DNA of 32,022 nucleotides from an uncultured Thermoplasmatales archaeon (GCA_964517155.1 CAZFAZ010000067.1:1-32022); one strand, 5' to 3'. Counted from the first letter of the stretch, positions 17,488-30,217 are shown. Notes: generated from the letters alone by a model not told the origin. Made by a program: numbers and translations.

Positions 17488-17928
17488 TTAGATATGCTCG
17501 CTGAGCATATCTGCAATTTTTTCTAAAAATATTTTATCTTTTATTGTAAAAGCACCTATTTTATCTGAGTCTACATCTATTTCACCAACAATTTTATCTT
17601 GTTTTTTAATTGGTACTACGATTTCTGCTTTAGTAGATACAAAACAAGCCAAATAACGACTATCAACATGCACATCATCTAAAACTTCTGTTTTTCCAGT
17701 TGCTGCAGCGCTACCGCATACTCCTTTACCAATTGGAATTTTCGTATGTTCTGTAGCATGTGGTCCTTTCCAGGGACCAAGAACTAAATCATTTCCTTTA
17801 ACAATATAAATTCCAACCCAATTGTAATGTTCAAAGTTATCACATAAAAAATCTACAACATCTTGTAAAACATTTGAAGAGTTTTTAGTTATACTTTTAA
17901 TTTGTTTTTCAGCAGCCTTATATTCCAA
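17488..17928 (-). CDS. GAF domain protein, free methionine-R-sulfoxide reductase (fRMsr/MsrC)-like
   Basis: NWVGIY, LVLGPW.G, I.IGKGVCG.AA, YLAC..STKAEIVVPI, GEIDVDS; TTG start with SD AGGTGA. Confidence 0.82.
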   Translation of the reverse strand: MEYKAAEKQIKSITKNSSNVLQDVVDFLCDNFEHYNWVGIYIVKGNDLVLGPWKGPHATEHTKIPIGKGVCGSAAATGKTEVLDDVHVDSRYLACFVSTKAEIVVPIKKQDKIVGEIDVDSDKIGAFTIKDKIFLEKIADMLSEHI

Positions 17929-17939
17929 AACAAATCACC

Positions 17940-19172
17940 TTATTTATAATCAAAAAGACTTGTTTGTTTATCATTGGGCATAACAGGCATTGAAATCATT
18001 TCTTCAGAACTTGGAAGCTGTATTTTACCGTATTCCCCGCCACCACCAGGAATAATTATTACTTTTTTATCCCTAAATGCTTGTATCGCTTCAGTTACAG
18101 CAGGAATTGTAACCTTTGAAATCTGATTTATATCTGCATCAAGTAACACATTTATTTCACTATTAAAAGCATCAATAAGTTCTGTCCAAAGTTTTGTAAC
18201 TTTCAAAGTAAAAGGATTACGCTGACCGACAGCCTTTGTAATAATTTCTGATAAAGGTATAAGATGAACATAAGGAGGTCTGTGATCTGGATGAACAGGT
18301 TCAGGATAATCTGCTTTTTCATATATTCTATCTTTTACACCTTTTTTAATTCGTTTACCGCAGCTACATTTCCATTTACGTCTAACAGCATCCTCTAAAG
18401 TATAATGCGTAAAACAACTGATACATGCAGATTCATGATATTTTCCTTCTTGAGGGGGAAGACCAACATTTAAAACTGGTTTATTACCATCTTGTCTAAG
18501 TATTGCTTTTTTAAGCTCCTTAAAAGTCGCCTCTTTCATTTCAAAACGATTAAACTCTCTGCCTAATCTAACAGGATGCGCACTATGACAATCAGAATTA
18601 GTTAAAAATGTAAGCCTGTGCAATTCCTTTATTCTGTCTGCAAAATCAGTATCTGCACTAAGACCAAGCTCCGCAAAGATAACATAATCTGCCATACTGC
18701 CATAACAATCTTTTAATGAATCAAAATAAGCATAAATCGCAGTCCACGGCGTAAAGCAATGAGCGGGGCCAATTAAAGCATCTACATCTTTTGCAATTTG
18801 AGCAAGCTCTTCACCCGTAAGATTAACGTTTGGCCGGCCATCTGTTTCAAGATTACGAGATTTAGGTTTAATTCTTTCTTTAAAATCTTCTGCAGAGCTA
18901 AAGCTTGGAAAATAAACCAGGTGATGAACACGTTTTTCTGCTTCAATCTCAACACTTAAAATAAAACGAGTTTTATTAAGTTTAAAAGTCCCCTCATCAA
19001 CTTGACTGCATTGTTTTATTTCTTTCATCCATCCGCTGTGAAGACAATCACCGGTTGCCATCAGATCAATACCTTTACGAGGTGCTTCAAGGCTAATTGT
19101 TTCAATACTCATCTTATCGCTAGTTCCACCAGAGAAACGTGAATGAATATGTAAATCGGCATTAACAATCAT
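17940..19172 (-). CDS. Endonuclease Q (PHP domain + zinc finger; TIGR00375 family) with C-terminal PIP box
   Basis: ADLHIHSRFS, GPAHCFTPW, ELGLSADT, TNSDCHS, RLGREFN, GKYH..ACISC..CSCG..IKKGV, HLIPLSE, PGGGGEYG, C-terminal QTSLFDY. ATG at 19172 preferred over the TTG at 19190. Confidence 0.88.
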   Translation of the reverse strand: MIVNADLHIHSRFSGGTSDKMSIETISLEAPRKGIDLMATGDCLHSGWMKEIKQCSQVDEGTFKLNKTRFILSVEIEAEKRVHHLVYFPSFSSAEDFKERIKPKSRNLETDGRPNVNLTGEELAQIAKDVDALIGPAHCFTPWTAIYAYFDSLKDCYGSMADYVIFAELGLSADTDFADRIKELHRLTFLTNSDCHSAHPVRLGREFNRFEMKEATFKELKKAILRQDGNKPVLNVGLPPQEGKYHESACISCFTHYTLEDAVRRKWKCSCGKRIKKGVKDRIYEKADYPEPVHPDHRPPYVHLIPLSEIITKAVGQRNPFTLKVTKLWTELIDAFNSEINVLLDADINQISKVTIPAVTEAIQAFRDKKVIIIPGGGGEYGKIQLPSSEEMISMPVMPNDKQTSLFDYK

Positions 19173-19246
19173 GGTCTTTAAAATCCCCAAGACTTGTATA
19201 ACAGAAGTTGTTTATTGAATTTACGTAAAAAAAGAATAAAAAATAG

Positions 19247-21001
19247 TTAGAGTTTTTCACCACAACCCGTACAAAACATAGCATCTTTTTCTAGTTTTTT
19301 ACCACATTTTGGACATACATCAACTGCTTGTTCTTGTTTATTTTCAATGTTAGTTTTAACAGGTTGAACAACAGTCTTTTTCTCTTTTGTTTTTTGTTTC
19401 TCAGGAGTTTTTGGTTGGAAAAAATCTTTTTTATCAGCAATCATAAGAATTCCTGCAACAAAAAAGAGTATACCTGATAGTATAAGATATATTGAACCTA
19501 TTCCAAGACCCCAAGCAAAATCACCAGATCCCTCTATGCCAAAAGACGAAAGAGATATAGAATAAAATCCTCCAATAGGACTACTGCTCATTTGACCTAT
19601 TACTCCTGCGAGGGTATCTCCCTCTGTACCACCACCAGACATGCCCCTCCCAAGGATAGTACCCATAAATATTATTGCAACGATTAAAACCACAACTATC
19701 ACTATCATTCTTACGCCTTTAAAAATATATTTTAAACCAAGTTTATGACTTTTATGTATGCCAATAGTTGCAAGTATCATAAAAATAAAACCGATGATAA
19801 AAATATATGTAAAAGGAAATGAAACAGCACTCATTGGAATAGGGCCATTAATACTGGGGACAAAAAGCTGTATACCGTTAAGTCCATCAATAGTAATCAC
19901 ATCATTCATCACAACAGTTTGATACACCTCAGAGTCAATATTTACAGATACCGTATACCAAGTATTAAACAAGCCAAGAAAAGCAAAAACTATAGCAACA
20001 AAACATAAGATATTACCTATTGTATGAAGATTTAAACCATCTATATAAAACATAGATACAATTCTTGGACCGAGACCATATTTTTTATGCCTGCGATATA
20101 TTTTAAAACAAATTAATGCAAGAGATAAAGCAGTGATTATTATAAGAAATGTTATAAAATTATATAAAAACCATTCCATTTGTAGAATCGTACTATCTAT
20201 AGGTGCTAAACCAGAACCCCAAGACAAACCATCTTTCATATAGTTACCATTCATATCTTGACGATATAAAGGACCATTTGGACCGGCTCTGCCTGTCAAA
20301 AAATCTTCTTTGCTATTTACCTCGCCCCATAAACCTTCAAAAGTAAGCCAGGTTTGAGAGCTCAACTCTTCCAACTCATAATCGTTTGCTGTTAGAACTT
20401 TACCATTATCTCCTACTATATCATTTGCAATACCAAGTTTACCAGAATAAGAACGCAGATAATTTGCATGAGAGCCACGTGAGACATATACCTTGAAATG
20501 GTTTCCCTCTTTTTCTACCATATCCCATGTTGCACTCTGGCCACTATAATGCTGGCTATAGGCTACACTTGTTGGACTGGAGCCAGAAAGAACAATCTGT
20601 ACCATCTCCCAGTCACCCTCATGCTGATTACTCTCACCTAGATTAAAAACATAAAACATCCAATACTGAATAACAGTACTTCCACCCGAAGTATCAACCC
20701 TATAATAAACAGTATAACCTACAGATGAATCCTTACTTTGTAGTTTATTTTGATAATCAGAAAGCATATTATCATTAGCATCATAATACTGGATTGTTTC
20801 ACCCTCAAGTATAGTCTCACTTAAAACAGAATTTGCAAGAAAATATTCAACACTCACAGGATAAAAAGTCTCTCCGCCTTCAAAATAAAGTATTGGTTTA
20901 TAATCCTCTTCAATTCCTGCACTTGCAGTCATCCCAAAAAAAGGAACAAAAAGTAAGATAAAGCCTACAATAAACAACTTCATTAAATTTGATTTTTTCA
21001 T
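19247..21001 (-). CDS. Membrane protein: signal peptide, Vps62-like extracellular domain, about 5 TM helices, C-terminal zinc ribbon
   Basis: Signal ending in TASA; YKPILYF, QYWMFYVFN, HEGDWE, YSQH, VYVSRGSHANY; C-terminal CPKCG...FCTGCG. Confidence 0.7.
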   Translation of the reverse strand: MKKSNLMKLFIVGFILLFVPFFGMTASAGIEEDYKPILYFEGGETFYPVSVEYFLANSVLSETILEGETIQYYDANDNMLSDYQNKLQSKDSSVGYTVYYRVDTSGGSTVIQYWMFYVFNLGESNQHEGDWEMVQIVLSGSSPTSVAYSQHYSGQSATWDMVEKEGNHFKVYVSRGSHANYLRSYSGKLGIANDIVGDNGKVLTANDYELEELSSQTWLTFEGLWGEVNSKEDFLTGRAGPNGPLYRQDMNGNYMKDGLSWGSGLAPIDSTILQMEWFLYNFITFLIIITALSLALICFKIYRRHKKYGLGPRIVSMFYIDGLNLHTIGNILCFVAIVFAFLGLFNTWYTVSVNIDSEVYQTVVMNDVITIDGLNGIQLFVPSINGPIPMSAVSFPFTYIFIIGFIFMILATIGIHKSHKLGLKYIFKGVRMIVIVVVLIVAIIFMGTILGRGMSGGGTEGDTLAGVIGQMSSSPIGGFYSISLSSFGIEGSGDFAWGLGIGSIYLILSGILFFVAGILMIADKKDFFQPKTPEKQKTKEKKTVVQPVKTNIENKQEQAVDVCPKCGKKLEKDAMFCTGCGEKL

Positions 21002-21185
21002 TTTTTCCTCCCCAAAACTTTTAATTGTAATTCAAAAGCATATTCTTAATTGTTTTCAAATTAAAAAAAAATGAAAAAAAACGCTGTTTTTAATAGCAAC
21101 ATTTATTAGCCTGTACTCCATATGAAAAATGGTAAAAAATACCCTAAAAGATGGGATGAAAAAAACTTGTGTGAAAATTACCTGA

Positions 21186-23138
<1,953 letters not shown>

Positions 23139-23147
23139 GGTGATATT

Positions 23148-26100
23148 ATGACTGACGAAGAACAACCAAAAAAAGAATATATACGAACTCTTGAATCTGA
23201 GATGAAACGCGCATTCATTGATTATTCGATGAGTGTTATTATGAGCAGAGCCTTACCCGATGTTCGTGATGGTCTAAAACCTGTACATAGGCGTATTTTG
23301 TATGCCATGAATGATATGGGACTTACCAGCAGAAGTGCTTATAAGAAATCCGCAAGAGTGGTGGGTGAAACTTTAGGAAAATATCATCCACATGGTGATC
23401 AAGCAGTATATGACTCAATGGTTCGCATGGCTCAAGATTTCTCACTTCGTTATCCTTTAGTTGATGGGCAAGGTAACTTTGGTAGTGTTGATGGTGATAG
23501 TGCTGCTGCTATGCGTTATTGTGTAACAGGCGACACTCTTTTATTAACTGAAGAGGGCATGATGGAAATAAAGGATGTATCTGATGAAGTTGAAACAGAT
23601 ATAGACTTAAAAATTATGAATTACCAACATAATGTTACAAAAGCATCTAAGTTTTTTAATTCAGGAAAACATCCAACGATTCATCTACAAACATTACAAG
23701 GATATGAGTTAGAAGGATCTTACAATCATCCATTATTAACATGGGTTAATGATAATGGATTACCTCATATTAAATGGAAAGCATTGGAAGATCTTTCAGA
23801 AAATGATTTTGTTGTATTGAATAGAAAAACAAATTTATTTAACATAAAAGAGATTAAACTCCAACAATATTTTCCACCTATAACTAATAAACAAATTAAT
23901 TTTGATTTACCTAAAATATTAAACAATGATTTAGCATTCTTACTTGGCGCTCTTGTTTCTGAAGGAAGTTTTCATAACAATCAAATTTTATTTAATAATG
24001 CCAATGAAGAATTTTATAATCTTGTCAAACAAGCCATACTAAATCAATTTCAAAAAATAAATTTATATGAACGAAAGTTAAAAACATCCAATTGTGTTGA
24101 ATTAAGCATTTACCCTAAACAAATCGTTCAATTTCTCATAAATATAGGTTTAACACAAGTTAAATCGGATGAAAAAGAAATACCTCATACTATTCTAAAG
24201 GCAAAAAAAGAAACAATTGTTGCCTTTTTAAAGGGTTTATTTGAAGGTGATGGATCTGTTATTTTTAAAACAGATAAGAGACACGGTGGACATAGTATTG
24301 AACTAACCTATAATTCAAAAAGTAAAAAGTTAATTTATCAGTTAAAAACACTTCTATTAAACTTTGGAATTGTTACAACCAAACCATATGTCGATAAAAG
24401 AAACAATTGTTATAAGTTGATTGTTTCTGACATTTCAAATATTAAGAAATTTAGAGATGAGATAGGTTTTGCATGCTCTAAAAAATCCAATATTTTAGAA
24501 AAAGTTAATTTAATCAATGAAGATCGTATGAGCAAAAATGATTATATTCCATTTTTATCTGAGTATCTTCGTAACAAATATGATCATCAAGTTATTAAAA
24601 AGCATAATTTTGATAGGTATAACAAATTAAAAGAAAAATATGAGATACTTGCAAGTATTGTAGATTCGGTTGACAAAAAACTTCTTGATGAATTATTAAA
24701 ATATGAATATTTTTTCAACCAAGTAAAAACAATTAAACCAACTAATCAAGAAAAAAATGTCTATTCATTACGCGTTGATAGCAACTGTCATTCATATATT
24801 GCAAATGGTTTTACAAACCATAATACCGAATCAAGACTTGCAAAAATATCTGCACTTATGCTCCAGGATATAGAAAAAGAAACAGTTGAATGGACAGATA
24901 ATTTTGATGGTAGCCTCAAGGAACCACTTATGCTTCCTGCAGTTTTACCAAATTTACTAGTAAATGGTTCATCAGGAATTGCTGTTGGAATGGCAACCAA
25001 TATGGCGCCACATAACATTACAGAAGTAATCGATGGTACAATACAGGTCATAGATAATCCTGATATAAGTACGGCAGACCTTATGGAAACAATCCAAGGC
25101 CCTGATTTTCCAACGGGTGGAATTATTTATGGTCGAGGAGGAATACTGCAAGCTTATTCTGAAGGAAAAGGCCTTGTTAGAGTAAGAGCGAAAACCCATT
25201 TCGAGGGTGACGAGAAAAAGAAAATAATCATTACAGAACTTCCTTATCAAGTCAACAAAGCAAACCTTCTCAAAACAATTGCAGAGCTTGTTAAAGATAA
25301 AAAAATAGAGGGTATAAGTGATCTGCGCGACGAGTCAGACAGGGAGGGCATGCGTGTTGTAATTGAGCTTAAACGTGATGCAATTGAAGATGTAGTTTTA
25401 TCTCAGCTTTTTAAGCATACTGAAATGCAGACAACTTTTGGAATTAATAATTTAGCAATTGTTGAAGGAGAGCCAAAGATTCTCAAGCTCAAAGAAATAA
25501 TTCAGCATTTTATAGAGTACCGTGTGCTTGTAATTACTCGCAGAACTAATTATGATTTAAAGAAAGCACAGGAAAAAATGCATATTCTTGAAGGTTTTAT
25601 GATTGCTCTTAAAAACATTGATGAAGTAATAAAAATTATTAGAGCAAGTAAAACTGTTGATGAAGCAAAACAAAGACTCATACAAAGATTTGAATTTACA
25701 GATATACAAGTAAAAGCAATACTTGACCTTCGTCTGCAAAAGTTAACTGGCATGGAAATTGAAGCAGTCGAGCGTGATTATAATGAAACTAAAAAATTAA
25801 TCGAGCAACTTGAATGGCTTTTATCTGATAAACAGCATATTCTTGATGAAATTAAAAGAGAATTAATAGATATAAAAGAAAAATTTGGTGATGAGCGTCG
25901 AACACAAATAGTTGAAGGTGAAATCGACATAGATATGGAGGATTTAATACCAGTTCAAGATGTTGTAATTACAATTACTGAAACAGGTTATATCAAACGA
26001 ATTCCATGTGAAACATATAGAGTACAGAGACGTGGTGGAAAAGGCCTTGTTGGAATGAAAACAAAAGAAGAAGATATAGTTGTTGATTCATTTATCACAA

Positions 26101-26918
26101 GTACTCATGACTACATAATGTTTTTCACAAACCAGGGTAAATGTTTCTGGCTTAAAGGTTATAAGATACCTGAAGGTAGCCGCCATCACAAAGGAAAAGC
26201 AATAATCAACTTGCTTCCAAGACTTGAAGAAGGTGAATACGTAGAAACCGCAATTCCAATTCATGAGTTTGATGAAAACCATTACCTTGTTTTTGCAACC
26301 AAGAACGGCATCATTAAAAAAACAGTTCTCTCAGCATACAGCAACATTCGTGTTAATGGCGTACGTGCAATAAACCTGGATGAAGGCGATGAACTCATTG
26401 AAACAAGACTATCTGATGGAAACCAGACAATCATGATTGCGACAGCAAACGGTCAAGCATGCAGATTTGATGAAAAAGAAACAAGGGCCATGGGACGTGT
26501 CACACGAGGAGTAATCGGAGTAAGATTAAGAAAAGGCGATAAAGTAGTCTCAATGGCAGTAGTAGGTGAAGAAGGAAACTTGCTTACTATTACTGAAAAC
26601 GGTTTTGGAAAAAGATCACCCATTAGCGAATACCGAAAAACACACCGTTGTAGTAAAGGCGTTAGAACAATTATTACAAACGAAAGAAATGGTAAAGTAC
26701 TCTGGGTTAAAGAAGTCGAAGACGATGATGAAATAATGCTTACCAGCCGTGAGGGAATGATGGTACGAATCCCTGTAAACGGCATACGCGTACAAGGCCG
26801 AAGCACGATGGGTGTCACAATTATGAAGCTCAACGAAGGAGATAAAGTCGTAAGCGTTGCAAAAATGAAAGAAGAAGTTGAAGAAGAAAACGTAGAATGT
26901 GAAAATGATAATATATAA
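23148..26918 (+). CDS. gyrA: DNA gyrase subunit A precursor containing an intein (821 aa after splicing)
   Basis: [28 protein letters not shown]|intein|[21 protein letters not shown], GyrA-box QRRGGKG, beta-pinwheel CTD. Confidence 0.98.
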   Translation: MTDEEQPKKEYIRTLESEMKRAFIDYSMSVIMSRALPDVRDGLKPVHRRILYAMNDMGLTSRSAYKKSARVVGETLGKYHPHGDQAVYDSMVRMAQDFSLRYPLVDGQGNFGSVDGDSAAAMRYCVTGDTLLLTEEGMMEIKDVSDEVETDIDLKIMNYQHNVTKASKFFNSGKHPTIHLQTLQGYELEGSYNHPLLTWVNDNGLPHIKWKALEDLSENDFVVLNRKTNLFNIKEIKLQQYFPPITNKQINFDLPKILNNDLAFLLGALVSEGSFHNNQILFNNANEEFYNLVKQAILNQFQKINLYERKLKTSNCVELSIYPKQIVQFLINIGLTQVKSDEKEIPHTILKAKKETIVAFLKGLFEGDGSVIFKTDKRHGGHSIELTYNSKSKKLIYQLKTLLLNFGIVTTKPYVDKRNNCYKLIVSDISNIKKFRDEIGFACSKKSNILEKVNLINEDRMSKNDYIPFLSEYLRNKYDHQVIKKHNFDRYNKLKEKYEILASIVDSVDKKLLDELLKYEYFFNQVKTIKPTNQEKNVYSLRVDSNCHSYIANGFTNHNTESRLAKISALMLQDIEKETVEWTDNFDGSLKEPLMLPAVLPNLLVNGSSGIAVGMATNMAPHNITEVIDGTIQVIDNPDISTADLMETIQGPDFPTGGIIYGRGGILQAYSEGKGLVRVRAKTHFEGDEKKKIIITELPYQVNKANLLKTIAELVKDKKIEGISDLRDESDREGMRVVIELKRDAIEDVVLSQLFKHTEMQTTFGINNLAIVEGEPKILKLKEIIQHFIEYRVLVITRRTNYDLKKAQEKMHILEGFMIALKNIDEVIKIIRASKTVDEAKQRLIQRFEFTDIQVKAILDLRLQKLTGMEIEAVERDYNETKKLIEQLEWLLSDKQHILDEIKRELIDIKEKFGDERRTQIVEGEIDIDMEDLIPVQDVVITITETGYIKRIPCETYRVQRRGGKGLVGMKTKEEDIVVDSFITSTHDYIMFFTNQGKCFWLKGYKIPEGSRHHKGKAIINLLPRLEEGEYVETAIPIHEFDENHYLVFATKNGIIKKTVLSAYSNIRVNGVRAINLDEGDELIETRLSDGNQTIMIATANGQACRFDEKETRAMGRVTRGVIGVRLRKGDKVVSMAVVGEEGNLLTITENGFGKRSPISEYRKTHRCSKGVRTIITNERNGKVLWVKEVEDDDEIMLTSREGMMVRIPVNGIRVQGRSTMGVTIMKLNEGDKVVSVAKMKEEVEEENVECENDNI
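23520..24824 (+). mobile_element. 435-aa intein with LAGLIDADG homing endonuclease in GyrA
   Basis: Starts CVTGDT; block [18 protein letters not shown] motifs [12 protein letters not shown] and [10 protein letters not shown]; ends VYSLRV...ANGFTNHN with Thr at +1; removal restores AAAMRYTESRL. Confidence 0.95.
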
Positions 26919-26953
26919 CAATAAGACAATCCTAAATTATACAATTGCGCCAT

Positions 26954-26965
26954 AAAGTTTATATA
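26954..26965 (+). promoter_or_regulatory. BRE/TATA promoter for the short ORF at 27019
   Basis: AAAG-TTTATATA matches the archaeal BRE-TATA consensus, about 55 nt upstream of the ATG. Confidence 0.55.
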
Positions 26966-27018
26966 CTTACAAGACGCTATTATTATTTAGATTTTATAAT
27001 AAATGGAGGAACAAAAAA

Positions 27019-27078
27019 ATGCCAACAAAATCAATGGCCTCTTTTGGAAAGTGGCTTGCTCTTAAAAAAGAAGAATAA
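27019..27078 (+). CDS. 19-aa short ORF MPTKSMASFGKWLALKKEE; candidate precursor peptide
   Basis: GGAGG SD at 27005-27009, 9 nt before the ATG; TATA upstream; hairpin downstream; first gene of a peptide-modification-type cluster. Confidence 0.5.
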   Translation: MPTKSMASFGKWLALKKEE

Positions 27079-27090
27079 ACATTACGATCA

Positions 27091-27108
27091 GAGGGTTTTT
27101 TAACCTTC
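27091..27108 (+). terminator. Hairpin after the short ORF (terminator or stability stem)
   Basis: GAGGGTT-TTTT-AACCTTC (7 bp with one G-U), followed by a T-rich stretch around 27116-27124. Confidence 0.45.
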
Positions 27109-27174
27109 AATCAACTTTTTATTTATAAAAATGCATTAGTGGTTTTGATAGTATTGATAAAGGATGCATAATAC

Positions 27175-28383
27175 GTGTGTGAAGAGATTTTAAAAAAGAA
27201 ACAGAAATTGTATATCTTGCGAGGAGAACATATTTTTGTAATAAAGGCCTTTGAAGATGTTGACTCTTCATCATTTAGATATTCCATACCACTTAAATAC
27301 AAAGATCAAATACCAATTTTTCTTGATTTAAAAGGCAATTTTTTATCTTATGAATTAATTAAAGAAAAGGAGTGTCACAATAGAGTAATTATATTTAGAA
27401 TACCAAAAATGAAAAAGGATGAAGAGATTAAAATTTCATTAGATTATTGGACTTTAGCAATAAAAAATGAGTATAAATGCGCTGAGTATAAGAACGACAT
27501 CGATCTTAAAAAATGGACAGATTCTACGGAATCTATAAAATCGGATAATATTTTGATAAAGATCACTTCAAAAATATTAAGAGGTTTTACAAAAAAACAA
27601 TTGAATTTTATTCATAATGTATCGATATGGAACGCATTTCATCGATCGTTTTTCACGTTTATTAAAAGGAATTTAGTAGATCATCCTAGGTTAAATAAGG
27701 TGTTTTTATCAGATGTATATTGGTATCGACTTGAGGATTCGGTTTCATCACTTATTTTTGGCAGTGTTTGCGCTGGAAAAGCAAATCTACAAGCAGCTAT
27801 TCTTCGTGCAAATGGCATCCCTTCAAGAATTCTAATCTCAACTAGCATGTTTTTCGGAAAAGATCAATGGTTAGATTCTCAGCATTACTTAGTTGAAGCA
27901 TATACTTTAGACCGCGGATGGATTAGAGTTCAATCTGGGCAAATATGTACCCCATCAAAAGATAACATCATTTTAAGGATAGTAAACCCCGAAGAAGAGA
28001 ACATTGCAGGTAATGGTTTCAGTGAAACAGGTGGCGCAGCTCCTTGGTTTTGGTTTGATAATAAAAATGTGTTTTTTGGAATTCCTAAAGGACATATGAG
28101 CTATAAAATCCCGAAAACAAAAAAAGTAGGATTTCCAGCTACGAGAGGATGGAGGGAAGGTTATATCGAGGTTCCAAAAGAGATTAGCGAAAAAATGATT
28201 AAAGCAACAGATGAAGCATGGGAGTTGTTTTTTGAAATTTCTTCAAGAAATAATAAAGACGGAGATAATTTTAACAAAGCAAAAATGCTTCATAAGGACT
28301 CGATAGAAAATCTAAAGAATAATGATTTCAAAAGTTATATTGATACTATGAAACATGTAAAAGAGTTATATCTTGCCCTCTAA
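27175..28383 (+). CDS. Transglutaminase-like (papain-fold) domain protein
   Basis: GSVCAGKANLQAAILRANGIPSR (catalytic Cys), QHYLVEAY (His), GWIRVQ (Gln where Asp is usual). Confidence 0.8.
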   Translation: MCEEILKKKQKLYILRGEHIFVIKAFEDVDSSSFRYSIPLKYKDQIPIFLDLKGNFLSYELIKEKECHNRVIIFRIPKMKKDEEIKISLDYWTLAIKNEYKCAEYKNDIDLKKWTDSTESIKSDNILIKITSKILRGFTKKQLNFIHNVSIWNAFHRSFFTFIKRNLVDHPRLNKVFLSDVYWYRLEDSVSSLIFGSVCAGKANLQAAILRANGIPSRILISTSMFFGKDQWLDSQHYLVEAYTLDRGWIRVQSGQICTPSKDNIILRIVNPEEENIAGNGFSETGGAAPWFWFDNKNVFFGIPKGHMSYKIPKTKKVGFPATRGWREGYIEVPKEISEKMIKATDEAWELFFEISSRNNKDGDNFNKAKMLHKDSIENLKNNDFKSYIDTMKHVKELYLAL

Positions 28384-28396
28384 TCATTTACAGAGA

Positions 28397-30217
28397 CTAG
28401 TTATAACTTTTGCCAATTTTATTCAACAACAAAAGTATTTTTTCTTCCAGGTTTTTATCAATTACTTCATGGTCAAAAGGATTTGATTGTAAATTATAAA
28501 AGAAACTTTTTTTCTCATCTAGATGATCATCAATTAACTGTATGTATTTTTGATATGTTTTGGAATCGTATTTTCTTTTATGTAAAAAATCGAAAAAGCT
28601 AGACTGCATTTGTGGATGACAGTCAAGATTTAACAACAATTCAAAGTATTTTTTTGCCTCAGAGTATTGTTTTACAGCTAAGTGTAAAAAAGGCAATATG
28701 TAAAAAAGATTAATCATCTGTAAAAAATTATCCTCTCTTCTGATATATATGCAATAATAACATAATTCTTTAGATAGATAAGTTTCAATATTCTTGATGA
28801 GTAGTTTAATGCTTTTTTCGTCATTTATCCATTTATCGCTACTTAGATATTTACAAAAATCTTTAATTCCATAAAAATAGTTAAATCTATCTTCAAAGTT
28901 TTTGCTTTTAATTAGTATTCTATTAAAAGGATCGTGATCAACTGATATTGGAGACATAATTACTCTTACAGTTGGAAATTGCAAAACTTTGTTTGTAAAG
29001 TCAATAATAAAAAGTTCCCAATTGTTTTTTTCACAAATTTCAATTATTGTATTTACATCATCATAAAAATCATTATTTATTGGGAAATGTATTTTTTTAA
29101 TAGATATTTTTTCTCCTTTTTCAAGAAATGAATAATCACCATAATAATCATAATCTCTAAGGAAATACTTATATTCGTTATCCAACCCGGCATATTTTTT
29201 CTGCATTTTTTTTGTCCATGTATCATACAAAATATCCAAAGAACTAGGTGTTTTTTTATCTTTATCGTGAAGACCTTTTTTATCTAAAATTAACATTTGT
29301 AAATGTTCAGTAAAACATCTGATAATTGCTTCTTCTAACTTAAAATGCGATCCGACGCTTATCCTTTTATAATCTCTGTCTTTTTTTAATTTGTTTTTCT
29401 CAAATTCAAGATTTTTATTGATAAATAAAACTCCTACTACGGGAACTACATTTCCAAGAGACATATCCTTTATTATTGGTTCAATATTCAGCGATTTTAA
29501 AAGACTTATACTTTTTTGTATTTCATGGTTTTTAATTGAAGACTGATCAATTGTTGGACATAAAAGTTTTTCAGTCATTATTTTAATTATGGCATATCTT
29601 TCAAAGATTTCAAAAGATGCCTGGGTTATCGCTTCTTCATAAGTATTGCCACTAGCCAAGCCATTTGTAGTGCTGTTCAAATCAATTAAAAAAGTAGGTA
29701 TTTTTTCATATTTACTAGTTTTAAAAGAATATGCATCAACTAGTGTATTTAACAATCCCTCATTTTTAAATAAATTATAGGTTTCTTGGCATATATCCTT
29801 AACAAAAAATTTATTGACATTAAGGACGTTAATGGAATCATGATCATCTGTTTTTAAGTATCCTCTTAAAAAAGATCTGCTTTCAACAACGTGCAACAAA
29901 TCCTGAAAAATACTAGGATTTTTTGGCAATGGAATTTTAAATTCTATGAATCCTGTAGAATATCTTTCAACAAGTTCGGCATAAGCACCAGCCATTGCCA
30001 ATTGTTTTGATGTTGCTTTTCCATATTGCCCCCATCCTAATTCATTAATAAATGCATGGCCAAGTACTATATCAAAATCTTGAATAGAAACATTTTTTTC
30101 ATCATAGCAAATCTGTAATCCAATCTCGTTAAACCCTTCTTTTATTCGTTTTACCGTGTTTTCAGGATAATCTGATTTAGAATTATTGTATATCTTTGGT
30201 GAATTTTGTAGTTTCAT
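28397..30217 (-). CDS. YcaO-family ATP-dependent peptide backbone-modifying enzyme with a C-terminal helical extension
   Basis: YGKAT...AMAGAYAELVERY, STTNGLASGNTYEEAITQASFEIFERY, AIIRCFTEHLQ, FPTVRVI; no C-terminal PxP motif. Confidence 0.9.
   Translation of the reverse strand: MKLQNSPKIYNNSKSDYPENTVKRIKEGFNEIGLQICYDEKNVSIQDFDIVLGHAFINELGWGQYGKATSKQLAMAGAYAELVERYSTGFIEFKIPLPKNPSIFQDLLHVVESRSFLRGYLKTDDHDSINVLNVNKFFVKDICQETYNLFKNEGLLNTLVDAYSFKTSKYEKIPTFLIDLNSTTNGLASGNTYEEAITQASFEIFERYAIIKIMTEKLLCPTIDQSSIKNHEIQKSISLLKSLNIEPIIKDMSLGNVVPVVGVLFINKNLEFEKNKLKKDRDYKRISVGSHFKLEEAIIRCFTEHLQMLILDKKGLHDKDKKTPSSLDILYDTWTKKMQKKYAGLDNEYKYFLRDYDYYGDYSFLEKGEKISIKKIHFPINNDFYDDVNTIIEICEKNNWELFIIDFTNKVLQFPTVRVIMSPISVDHDPFNRILIKSKNFEDRFNYFYGIKDFCKYLSSDKWINDEKSIKLLIKNIETYLSKELCYYCIYIRREDNFLQMINLFYILPFLHLAVKQYSEAKKYFELLLNLDCHPQMQSSFFDFLHKRKYDSKTYQKYIQLIDDHLDEKKSFFYNLQSNPFDHEVIDKNLEEKILLLLNKIGKSYN

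Noticed and set aside
27003..27065. Alternative 20-aa ORF MEEQKNANKINGLFWKVACS
   Set aside because: No SD, and the GGAGG within it is well spaced for the ATG at 27019; kept only as a fallback precursor candidate.
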